Source of the DNA: an uncultured Eubacteriales bacterium
Lineage (GTDB): Bacteria > Bacillota > Clostridia > Oscillospirales > CAG-272
DNA length: 64,000 bases
Assembly: GCA_934434925.1 (NCBI GenBank)
Contig: CAKSAC010000001.1
Span: forward strand, 20,029-84,028
Direction of reading: 5' to 3'
The stretch's first letter is position 1, and every line of letters begins with the position of its first letter. The translations under genes were made by a program, and so were the position numbers. The notes under the pieces are model-generated. The model was given only the letters and a program-made list of their open reading frames with translations, did no database searches and was not told the origin of the DNA. Below are positions 37,279 to 44,976 of this stretch, in pieces.

Positions 37279-37307
37279 ACTATATCACAGAAAATCGGCT
37301 CTGTCAA
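37279..37307 (-). promoter_or_regulatory. Sigma-A promoter of the decarboxylase operon
   Basis: Minus strand TTGACA (37302-37307), 17-nt spacer, TATAGT (37279-37284). Confidence 0.65.
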
Positions 37308-37382
37308 GAATTTACTGTTTATATTTAAGAAATTTATAGGTTTCCCGCGCGTGAGCCGACAAAGACGCTCCGGAAAGAGAAA

Positions 37383-37407
37383 TAAAAAGAACGCCGGAGC
37401 GGCGTTC
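37383..37407 (-). terminator. Intrinsic terminator after the XRE-family regulator
   Basis: Minus strand GAACGCC-gctcc-GGCGTTC followed by TTTTT. The stem overlaps the stop codon. Confidence 0.75.
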
Positions 37408-38251
37408 AGGATTGAAAGGCCGAAAGCAACGTAATGCGCTTGGAGGCGTAACGGTAGGCCGCTTCAAAGTTCCCGGCTTCCCGATGGCAGGTTTCGAGAT
37501 CGGAATACAGGCGGAAAAGAAGGTAGGCCGATGCTTCCGGCGCGGTCTTTTCTTCCTCCACGGCCAGAAGGAGCGGGAGAGCTTCCGTATATTTCCGGTT
37601 CCGGATCAGCGTACGCGCCTTGACATGCTGTCCGAGTAAACGGTTGCGATAGGGATAATCGGGATCATCGGTAAGATACGCATAGGTTTCTTTTCCCGTA
37701 GCGTCAGCCGCTGCAAGCAGGTATTTTTCTTCCGGAAAATCGCGGCGCGGCGCGTTGACGTTCTCACAAATGGCGATATACAACATGGCCTGCGCAGTGA
37801 TCGCCCCGGTCGGATATACGGTCTTTCCGGCGTAGTTGGTCGCCTCGTTGCAGTAAACGAGCGCGGTCTCCATGTTCCCGCAGTGGAAGGCCTGCTTCCC
37901 GCACTCCAAAGCCGAGGACGCTAAGATCAGGGCCAATTCATCATCGGGTTCCCCCGGCAGGGATTCACAAAGGCGAAAACATTCATTGAACTTTTTTTCC
38001 CGATACAAGCTGCTGATTTGCGGCATGGCTTCGCGTTTTTGGTATGCGGAGCTGTCTTCCTCGTCGTCGATCAAATAAGAAAGCGGAACCGATAGCTCAT
38101 GCGCCAGATAGCGCAAAGTGGGCAGAGACGGATTGGCGGTGTTACGTTCAATGGCACAGAGCATATTGGGCGTTATCCGGTCTCCCGCCAGGGTGGCCTG
38201 CGTCATTTTTTGCTCACGCCGGAGCATTTTGATTTTTTCGCCGAGTTTCAT
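37406..38251 (-). CDS. XRE-family HTH regulator with C-terminal TPR-like domain
   Basis: 281 aa. N-terminal HTH_3 (LRREQKMTQATLAG...ERNTANPSLPTLRYLAHEL), followed by a ~210-aa helical repeat region. Confidence 0.75.
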   Translation of the reverse strand: MKLGEKIKMLRREQKMTQATLAGDRITPNMLCAIERNTANPSLPTLRYLAHELSVPLSYLIDDEEDSSAYQKREAMPQISSLYREKKFNECFRLCESLPGEPDDELALILASSALECGKQAFHCGNMETALVYCNEATNYAGKTVYPTGAITAQAMLYIAICENVNAPRRDFPEEKYLLAAADATGKETYAYLTDDPDYPYRNRLLGQHVKARTLIRNRKYTEALPLLLAVEEEKTAPEASAYLLFRLYSDLETCHREAGNFEAAYRYASKRITLLSAFQS

Positions 38252-38281
38252 GGAATCCTCCGGATTTTTAACTTTTTCGTT

Positions 38282-38310
38282 ATTGTACCATGCCGGAGCC
38301 GGGAAAGCAA
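38282..38310 (-). promoter_or_regulatory. Promoter of the XRE-family regulator
   Basis: Minus strand TTGCTT (38305-38310), 17-nt spacer, TGG-TACAAT extended -10 (38282-38287). Confidence 0.5.
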
Positions 38311-38379
38311 GGTGAAAAGTAAAAATAATTTACTTTTTTATAAGCAGGGCCGGGCCGGCAGTACGGACTGGCCCCCCTG

Positions 38380-39135
38380 TCAGGAAGCGCCGGCACCGAA
38401 ATCATAAATATCATCGATTTCGGTTTCCGTGATGTCATCGCTCAGACGGTGAATGCGCGTATAGGCTTCCGGTACTGTACCGACGATGATCGTCTCGGAA
38501 ATCGGATAATCGTTTCCGAGAGGGAGTTGCACCGGGTGGCTGGGGATCAGCAAAACCGTGCCGATGCTGATATGGAAATTGACGCGATGCAGGGTCTGAT
38601 TGATACCGACCTCCGTGAATTCACTGGTAAAATAGGCATGCAGATCGCGCGAAAGATGAACGGGGATTGAAAGGGTGTTTTCGCTTTTCCAGAAATTGAT
38701 TCCGAACAGGGAAGTAACGGGAATACGGACGGTCAGGGAGCTTTCTTTTTCCATGCGGTCGAGAATTCTCAAAACCAGTAAGGTACGCAATTCGGCAAGA
38801 GAAGCCGTATCGGTCTCAAGAGAAGAAACGGTTCCGTCCTCTTTGTAGCGGATCCGGATGGTACGGGAGAGTAATTCTTTGTATTGCGGGAGCGATTCTT
38901 CTATCGTACCTTCAATGGCACGGTTCACGGAAATCCGGAGCTGTTTTTCGCAAAGGCTTTCCAGGATGGATGCAAACTGGCGGTTGACGAGCAGAAAAAT
39001 AAGAAGAAAAACGAGTGCTGAAAAAAGTGCGGCGATGACGGGCGAATTTTTTCTCCTTCTTTTCCTTTTGCGTTCCGAAAGATAAAAATGCCGTGTGCTA
39101 CTCAAAATATCACCCCCGTACAGCATATGCCGCAC
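38380..39135 (-). CDS. yunB: Sporulation protein YunB-like
   Basis: 251 aa. Basic N-terminus, one TM segment, then a conserved YunB-like body (...GINQTLHRV.F.I...). Recalled family resemblance. Confidence 0.6.
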   Translation of the reverse strand: MRHMLYGGDILSSTRHFYLSERKRKRRRKNSPVIAALFSALVFLLIFLLVNRQFASILESLCEKQLRISVNRAIEGTIEESLPQYKELLSRTIRIRYKEDGTVSSLETDTASLAELRTLLVLRILDRMEKESSLTVRIPVTSLFGINFWKSENTLSIPVHLSRDLHAYFTSEFTEVGINQTLHRVNFHISIGTVLLIPSHPVQLPLGNDYPISETIIVGTVPEAYTRIHRLSDDITETEIDDIYDFGAGAS

Positions 39136-39147
39136 GGGGGCAAAAGG

Positions 39148-40227
39148 TTATCGGCAGGCAGGCTCGGTCTTCTCGTCGTTCTGCGGTTCTTTCGGTTCTT
39201 TTTGGCTTTCTTCCGACCATGTGACGGCGGCCAACGGGTTTTTGCGCATGGCGTCCTCCATGTCCCGGTCGGAAAGGTGGGTATAGATTTGCGTGGTATT
39301 GAGTTGCGCATGGCCGAGAATGTCTTTCAGCACACGCACATCCACCTGCCCGGTCTGATACATCAGGGTGGCCGCGGTGTGCCGCAGTTTATGCACCGAC
39401 ATGCCTTTTTGCGCAAGCCCGGCCTTTTCAAGATATTTATAAACGATATGCTGTACCGATTTGTTTGAGATGCGGTTTCCCTGACCGCTGATGAAGAGCG
39501 CGTTTGCGTCGGCTTCTTTCGGATGTTCCTGTATCCGGATTTCCAAATAACCGGCGAGGGCATCCCGGCAGGCATCATTCAAATAAATGATACGTTCCTT
39601 ACTGCCTTTTCCGAAAACGCGCAAAGAACGGAGAGAACGGTCAATATCCGTCAGGCTGATCCCGACCAATTCGGAAAGGCGCATCCCGCAGTTCAGGAAA
39701 AGCGTCACAATTGCAAAGTCTCGTTTACGAAAACGCGAGTTTTCATCCTGTGCAATGCTGGCAAGTAACGCCATACTTTCCTCTGCCGACAGATATTTTG
39801 GCAGGGGCTGATCCTGTTTCGGGGATTTAATATTTTTGGTCGGATCAAAGTTCTCATAGCGGCTGTCCAAGGTGGAAACATAGCGGAAGAAAGATTTCAG
39901 TGCGGAAAGTTTCCGTGCGCGGCTGCGTTTTTCGTTTTCGCGGTCTGTGGCGGCATAGGACAAAAAATCAATGATATCTTCGCGTGTCAGACAGAGCACA
40001 TACGCGAGGTCAACGGTGGAAATGTCGGTTTTCCGGAACGCGTCTCCATGCAGCGGAAGATCCTTTTCACTTGCGATAAGATAACGGAAAAAAGTACGCA
40101 GGTCCAGCAGATATTCGAGCGCCGTTTTTTCGGAGCAACCCTCGATGGCAATTTTGTGGCGGATGAAGTTCTGCACAACGGCGGGAACGGTTTTGAATTC
40201 TTCGGAGCGGAGCAGTTTGCCTTGCAT
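39148..40227 (-). CDS. Tyrosine site-specific recombinase (XerC/XerD family)
   Basis: Catalytic signature R...HKLRHTAAT...GHAQLNTTQIYTH. ATG at 40225-40227, preceded by AAGGAGAA. The longer ORF-track start would overlap the divergent gene. Confidence 0.8.
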   Translation of the reverse strand: MQGKLLRSEEFKTVPAVVQNFIRHKIAIEGCSEKTALEYLLDLRTFFRYLIASEKDLPLHGDAFRKTDISTVDLAYVLCLTREDIIDFLSYAATDRENEKRSRARKLSALKSFFRYVSTLDSRYENFDPTKNIKSPKQDQPLPKYLSAEESMALLASIAQDENSRFRKRDFAIVTLFLNCGMRLSELVGISLTDIDRSLRSLRVFGKGSKERIIYLNDACRDALAGYLEIRIQEHPKEADANALFISGQGNRISNKSVQHIVYKYLEKAGLAQKGMSVHKLRHTAATLMYQTGQVDVRVLKDILGHAQLNTTQIYTHLSDRDMEDAMRKNPLAAVTWSEESQKEPKEPQNDEKTEPACR

Positions 40228-40374
40228 AAGTTCTCCTTGTAAATGGTATTTCTCAAAGAAATTATACAAAACCGGCAGATTGAGAAGTGTACAATTTGTA
40301 AACATTTCGACTTCGTCTTGCAATCCTTCCGAAAAGGCGATATCATAAATGATGAAGTAAAAAGGAGACAGCAA

Positions 40375-40938
40375 ATGGGATTTATTAAAAAGAACTCATA
40401 CCATATCACCCGCCTTGTCATCAATCAGGTCGGGATCATTGTTTTTTCGCTTGTCATCAACATGACCGTGACCGTCATGCCGAAAAATCTGCAGGAAAGC
40501 ATGTCGATCGTCGCGTCGGCTTTTGCCTCGGTGTTTTACCTTTTCCTTGTGTTTTATGCCATGCGGGAAGCCGGAAACCGGGATAGCGTGAAAATTAACG
40601 ACGGCCGGATGAAGCATGACGCAATCTTCGGATTGAAGGTGGGGCTTCTTGCCGCGGTCGTGAATTATTTCTTTTCGTTCCTCATGCTTATCGGACTGAT
40701 TTTTACCGGAACGGCTTTTGGCGAAACGTTGTTTGAGACGGCGCTCACGGTGACGAATTTTATTTTACAACCGATGTACAGCGGGATGATTTATGCGGTG
40801 CTTCGTGCGCTACCGCAAACGCTGATACGCGCCGGGGCGGTCGTTTGCTATTTGATCACGCCTGCGCTGGCCGCAGTTTCCGCGTGCATCGGCTACAATT
40901 ACGGTTGCCGGCATCCGCAAGTCGAAAAAAAACGCTGA
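40375..40938 (+). CDS. Hypothetical multi-pass membrane protein
   Basis: 187 aa from the ATG at 40375 (AAAGGAGA RBS). About 5 hydrophobic segments. No recognisable family. Confidence 0.5.
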   Translation: MGFIKKNSYHITRLVINQVGIIVFSLVINMTVTVMPKNLQESMSIVASAFASVFYLFLVFYAMREAGNRDSVKINDGRMKHDAIFGLKVGLLAAVVNYFFSFLMLIGLIFTGTAFGETLFETALTVTNFILQPMYSGMIYAVLRALPQTLIRAGAVVCYLITPALAAVSACIGYNYGCRHPQVEKKR

Positions 40939-40999
40939 ACCGGACTTCTCAATCGGTTTATTCCTTCATATATTGTAGCAAACTGTATGGGGGGATTTT

Positions 41000-41758
41000 A
41001 TGATGAGAAGATCTGAGAACGAGAAAAGACGCCCGTTCTGTCAGACGGCCGGCGTCTTTTTTCTCTTGCTTTTATTTCTGGCGGCCGGATTCCTTGCCGC
41101 ATATCTTTCGGGAACACGTGCGGGAACCGCGTCGGTTTCTCCGGCGGCGGTCGGTTACCCGACCGTCATCATTGACGCAGGGCACGGCGGGGAAGACGGC
41201 GGGGCGGTCGGCGTGAACCGCGTGCTGGAGAAAGACCTGAACCTCACAGTCGCCCTGCAACTTTCCGACCTTTTGCGTGTGGCGGGCGTTCCGGTCATCT
41301 TAACGCGGACGGAAGACCGGATGCTGTACGGGGAAGAGGGGAACCGGAAAGGCCGGAAGAAGGAATTTGATCTGAAAAACCGGCTTCGCGTTGCCAAGGA
41401 ACATCCCGATGCCATCTTCGTCAGCATTCATATGAACAACTTTCCGGAGGCGAAATATCATGGCTTACAGGTCTATTACGCCGGTCGGACAGAAGGAAGC
41501 CGGGCGCTGGCCGAAGCCATTCAGCGCGCGGTCGTTTCCTCTTTGCAACCGGAAAATAAGCGCGAAGTGCAGGAAGCGACTTCCGCAATCTATCTTTTGG
41601 ACGGAGCTGTCGGGAGAGCGGTACTGGTCGAATGCGGCTTTCTTTCAAACCCGGAAGAATGCGCCCGCCTTTGCGAAAAAGATTATCAGAAGCGATTGTG
41701 CTTTTCCTTATTTTGTGGTATCATGGAATATATCAATCAAACAGGGGGTTGGGGATGA
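41000..41758 (+). CDS. cwlD: N-acetylmuramoyl-L-alanine amidase, CwlD-like (germination-specific)
   Basis: Signal/TM N-terminus and Amidase_3 motifs (IDAGHGGEDGGAVG, SIHMN, VECGFLSN). The size and single-domain layout are typical of CwlD. Confidence 0.8.
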   Translation: MMRRSENEKRRPFCQTAGVFFLLLLFLAAGFLAAYLSGTRAGTASVSPAAVGYPTVIIDAGHGGEDGGAVGVNRVLEKDLNLTVALQLSDLLRVAGVPVILTRTEDRMLYGEEGNRKGRKKEFDLKNRLRVAKEHPDAIFVSIHMNNFPEAKYHGLQVYYAGRTEGSRALAEAIQRAVVSSLQPENKREVQEATSAIYLLDGAVGRAVLVECGFLSNPEECARLCEKDYQKRLCFSLFCGIMEYINQTGGWG

Positions 41759-43119
41759 AAGCGCCAAAACCGGTCTTTACTTGCCGCGAGTGCGGTTGCT
41801 GTGTGTCAAACTGGGTAGGACGTTGTCCGGAATGCGGGATGTGGAATACCATGGAAGAGGAAATGCCCGCCCCGCCCCCCGGCACGCCCGCATCCGGGGG
41901 CAGGGTTGCCGTTCCGCATAAACTTTCCGAACTGGAAATCCCGTCTTATATGCGGACCCCGAGCGGAACCGGTGAACTTGACCGCGTCCTCGGGGGCGGG
42001 ATTGTGTCCGGTTCAGTCATTCTGCTGTGCGGCGAACCGGGAGTCGGAAAATCCACGCTGCTTTTGCAGATTTGTAACAGCCTGTGTCGGGATAAGCGGG
42101 TGCTGTATGTCTCGGGCGAAGAGTCGCGCGGGCAGATCAAACTCCGTGCAGAGCGGCTCGGCGTCGGGGAAGGGGAACTCTATCTCGTCAGCGAGACAGA
42201 CCTGGACGCGATTCTTGCGGCTACCCAGAAGTTGCGCCCCGACATCCTGATTGTTGATTCCATCCAAACGATATACAGCGCCCGTTCCCGCTCGATGGCG
42301 GGGAGTATCGCACAGGTCCGGGAATGCGCCGCCGCTTTTATTGGTCTTGCAAAATCCGACGGGCCGGCCGTTTTTCTCGTTGGCCATGTCAATAAAGAGG
42401 GCGGCATCTCCGGGCCGAAGGTCCTTGAACACATGGTGGATTCCGTGCTGTATTTTGAGGGGGACAAGCAACAGACATACAGGATTATCCGCGCCATGAA
42501 AAACCGTTACGGTTCTACCAACGAGATCGGGGTCTTCGATATGACGGAAGGCGGTCTTCGCGAAGTTCCGAACCCGTCCGAAGTATTGCTGCATGACCGC
42601 ACATCGGCCGCCGGCACCTGTATCGGGTGTGCCATGGAAGGCACAAGACCTCTGATTACCGAGATACAGGCGCTTGTGTGTCCAACCGTCTTCCCGGCTC
42701 CGCGCCGGACATCGGACGGGTTTGATTATAACCGGATGTGCCTGCTTCTTGCGGTACTGGAAAGACGGTTAAGCCTGCGTTTTTCCGTCCATGATGTGTA
42801 TTTGAATATTGCCGGTGGAATCCGCCTTTCCGAGCCGGCGGCCGACCTGGCAGTGGCCTGCTCACTGATCTCGGGTATTCTGAATCGTGCTTTCCCCTCG
42901 GAACTCATCGCCTTTGGGGAAATCGGTCTGGCCGGAGAAATCCGCCCCGTGACGCATGCAGAAGCGCGTGTGAATGAAGCCGTTCGCCTCGGGTTTAGGC
43001 AGATTCTTCTCCCCTCCCGTTCGGTGAATGAACGCGTCCGGGTGCCGGAAGGGGTTTCTTTGATCGGAATTTCTCATGTTGCGGGGGTTTTGCCGCATCT
43101 TTTGAAAAAAGAGTCCTAA
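41755..43119 (+). CDS. radA: DNA repair protein RadA/Sms
   Basis: Zinc finger CRECG...CPECG, Walker A GEPGVGKST, KNRYG motif, and a Lon-like C-terminus. ATGA overlap with the cwlD stop. Confidence 0.93.
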   Translation: MKAPKPVFTCRECGCCVSNWVGRCPECGMWNTMEEEMPAPPPGTPASGGRVAVPHKLSELEIPSYMRTPSGTGELDRVLGGGIVSGSVILLCGEPGVGKSTLLLQICNSLCRDKRVLYVSGEESRGQIKLRAERLGVGEGELYLVSETDLDAILAATQKLRPDILIVDSIQTIYSARSRSMAGSIAQVRECAAAFIGLAKSDGPAVFLVGHVNKEGGISGPKVLEHMVDSVLYFEGDKQQTYRIIRAMKNRYGSTNEIGVFDMTEGGLREVPNPSEVLLHDRTSAAGTCIGCAMEGTRPLITEIQALVCPTVFPAPRRTSDGFDYNRMCLLLAVLERRLSLRFSVHDVYLNIAGGIRLSEPAADLAVACSLISGILNRAFPSELIAFGEIGLAGEIRPVTHAEARVNEAVRLGFRQILLPSRSVNERVRVPEGVSLIGISHVAGVLPHLLKKES

Positions 43120-43172
43120 AAAGACCTGCTGCGGCATACATATCTTGTAAGGGATATTTTCTCGGAGGGGAT

Positions 43173-43883
43173 ATGGTATTTTTATCGGTCTTTTCGCTGG
43201 TCTTTCTGGCGGAATTAGGTGACAAAACACAATTACTCATGGTCAGTCTCGCTTCCCGGTACGGGCTATGGCGCATCCTCGGCGGCGTACTGCCGGCCAT
43301 CGTTCTCCTGTCTTTGTTGGGGACCGGCGTCGGCGGCCTGCTTTCCGCTGTTTTGTCTGCCGGCATCATACGCTTTTTCAGCGCGCTGGCTTTTCTGATT
43401 TTTGCCCTGCTGTGTTTGCGGCGTGAAGAGGAAAAGACGGAAAAAAGGAGCCGCGGTTCGGTGTTTTTCATATTTTTCACTTTTTTTCTCGCAGAGCTGG
43501 GAGATAAAACACAGTTCTCCGTCATTGCGTCTTCCGCTTCCGCGCTTCCCGGGGAACGGTGGCAGGTGGCGCTTGGCGGGATGGCCGGCCTTGTTCTCGC
43601 GGATGCCGTCGGGATATTTATCGGTCGTCTGCTAAAAAAACGAGTGAATGATCGCATTTTTTCGGCACTTTCTTATGCGGTCTTCACGCTTTTCGGCTTT
43701 TTCGGACTTTACCGGGCGCTCCCCGCCGTGTGCGGAGGATCCTTTTTCCTTTGGCTTACGGGCGCGGCGTTCCTTTTTGCGCTTCTCAGCGCAGGAATCT
43801 ATCGAAATAACAGGAGACGGAAAAACAATGAAAAAACCGACCGAACCGGAGCGCAATCCCTTCCCGTACACCGATTCCAATAA
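43173..43883 (+). CDS. GDT1/TMEM165 (UPF0016) family cation transporter
   Basis: Two copies of the signature E-L-G-D-K-T-Q (LAELGDKTQ x2) separated by an acidic/basic loop. GGAGGGG RBS. Confidence 0.7.
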   Translation: MVFLSVFSLVFLAELGDKTQLLMVSLASRYGLWRILGGVLPAIVLLSLLGTGVGGLLSAVLSAGIIRFFSALAFLIFALLCLRREEEKTEKRSRGSVFFIFFTFFLAELGDKTQFSVIASSASALPGERWQVALGGMAGLVLADAVGIFIGRLLKKRVNDRIFSALSYAVFTLFGFFGLYRALPAVCGGSFFLWLTGAAFLFALLSAGIYRNNRRRKNNEKTDRTGAQSLPVHRFQ

Positions 43884-44832
43884 GCGATATCATACCTATA
43901 ATTATTATTTGCGCCGCCGTTACGGAGGGAAATGCGTCAAAATCCCTCTCGATGGCGGCTTTTCCTGCCCGAACATCGACGGACGCGCGGGATACGGAGG
44001 TTGTATCTATTGTTCCGCGAGGGGAAGCGGCGATTTCACCTTTCCGGGGTTACCTGTCGCCGAGCAGTTCCGCCTGCAACGGGAACGGATGGGGAAGAAG
44101 TGGGAGACGGCACGTTGCATTCCGTATTTGCAATCGAATACAAACACCTATGCGCCTGTCGAACGGCTCCGTGCGCTCTATGATGAAATACTGGCGTTGC
44201 CCGATTGCGTCGCCTTTCATATTGCGACCCGCGCGGACTGTCTGCCGGAAGAGGTGACAGAACTTCTCGCCGAGATTTCCGAAAAAATTGATCTGACGGT
44301 GGAACTCGGCCTGCAAAGCGTGTCGGACGCGACGGCCGAACGAATCAATCGCGGCCACACATTCGCGGATTTTTTATCTGCGTTTTCCCGTCTGCGCCGT
44401 GAAGCGCCCGGCGCGCGCATTGCCGTTCATCTGATTGACGGGTTGCCCGGGGAAGACCGTGACGCAATGATCGGGAGCGCGGTGACAGTCGGCGAACTGA
44501 GGCCGGACGAAATCAAATTTCATCTTTTGGATGTGTTGCGCGGAACGGAATTGCATCGACTGTATTCGGCAGGGGAGTATCGCCCGCTTGAAAAAGAGGC
44601 GTATACCGAGATTCTCGTCAGCCAGATCGAACGGCTTGACCCGCGCATTGTCATCAGTCGCGTGACCGGAGACGCCCCTTTTTCGGAACTTGTGGCTCCC
44701 GACTACACAAGGAAAAAATTCACGCTTATGAACGCAATCGACCGGGAATTTGTCCGCCGGGACACGTATCAAGGGAAAAAAGTGGTTAAAACGCACAAAG
44801 AAACGGAGAATATTTCTACAAGCGTTGATTAG
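43828..44832 (+). CDS. Radical SAM protein, TIGR01212-like family
   Basis: N-terminal block IPLDGGFSCPNIDGRAGYGGCIYCS. ATG at 43828 after GGAGA. Overlaps the 3' end of the upstream transporter ORF by 56 nt. Confidence 0.8.
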   Translation: MKKPTEPERNPFPYTDSNKRYHTYNYYLRRRYGGKCVKIPLDGGFSCPNIDGRAGYGGCIYCSARGSGDFTFPGLPVAEQFRLQRERMGKKWETARCIPYLQSNTNTYAPVERLRALYDEILALPDCVAFHIATRADCLPEEVTELLAEISEKIDLTVELGLQSVSDATAERINRGHTFADFLSAFSRLRREAPGARIAVHLIDGLPGEDRDAMIGSAVTVGELRPDEIKFHLLDVLRGTELHRLYSAGEYRPLEKEAYTEILVSQIERLDPRIVISRVTGDAPFSELVAPDYTRKKFTLMNAIDREFVRRDTYQGKKVVKTHKETENISTSVD

Positions 44833-44849
44833 AACTTACAAATATTCCG

Positions 44850-44878
44850 TTGCATTTCAAGAGAATTTCCTGTATAAT
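44850..44878 (+). promoter_or_regulatory. Promoter of the EF-G paralogue
   Basis: TTGCAT (44850-44855), 17-nt spacer, TGT-TATAAT (44873-44878). Confidence 0.6.
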
Positions 44879-44976
44879 ATAGATATGCGGCGTGGCATGT
44901 ACACATCGCCGCCGGACAGTACATCCCGGGCGCACAGCGCACTCGGTTTACAGAAATACAGAAAAGGAGACTTCTT

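Noticed and set aside
37194-37307. ORF-track TTG start (37305-37307) for the carboxyltransferase
   Set aside because: That TTG lies inside a TTGACA -35 box (37302-37307) spaced 17 nt from TATAGT, so this part would not be in the mRNA.
39148-40374. Tyrosine recombinase as a marker of an integrated mobile element or prophage
   Set aside because: It is flanked by sporulation and housekeeping genes (yunB, cwlD, radA). There is no excisionase, phage, conjugation or IS gene, no tRNA target and no flanking direct repeats. It looks like a chromosomal Xer-type recombinase.
43120-43172. yybP-ykoY (Mn2+) riboswitch ahead of the GDT1/UPF0016 transporter
   Set aside because: The spacer after radA is only 53 nt. 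That is too short for the ~100-nt four-helix element, and it contains no matching conserved loops.
43828-43883. 56-nt overlap between the GDT1-family ORF and the radical SAM gene as possible programmed recoding
   Set aside because: The overlap is more simply explained by a poorly conserved hydrophilic C-terminal tail of the transporter ORF running past its functional end, or by a slightly later radical-SAM start. No slippery sequence or structure is seen.
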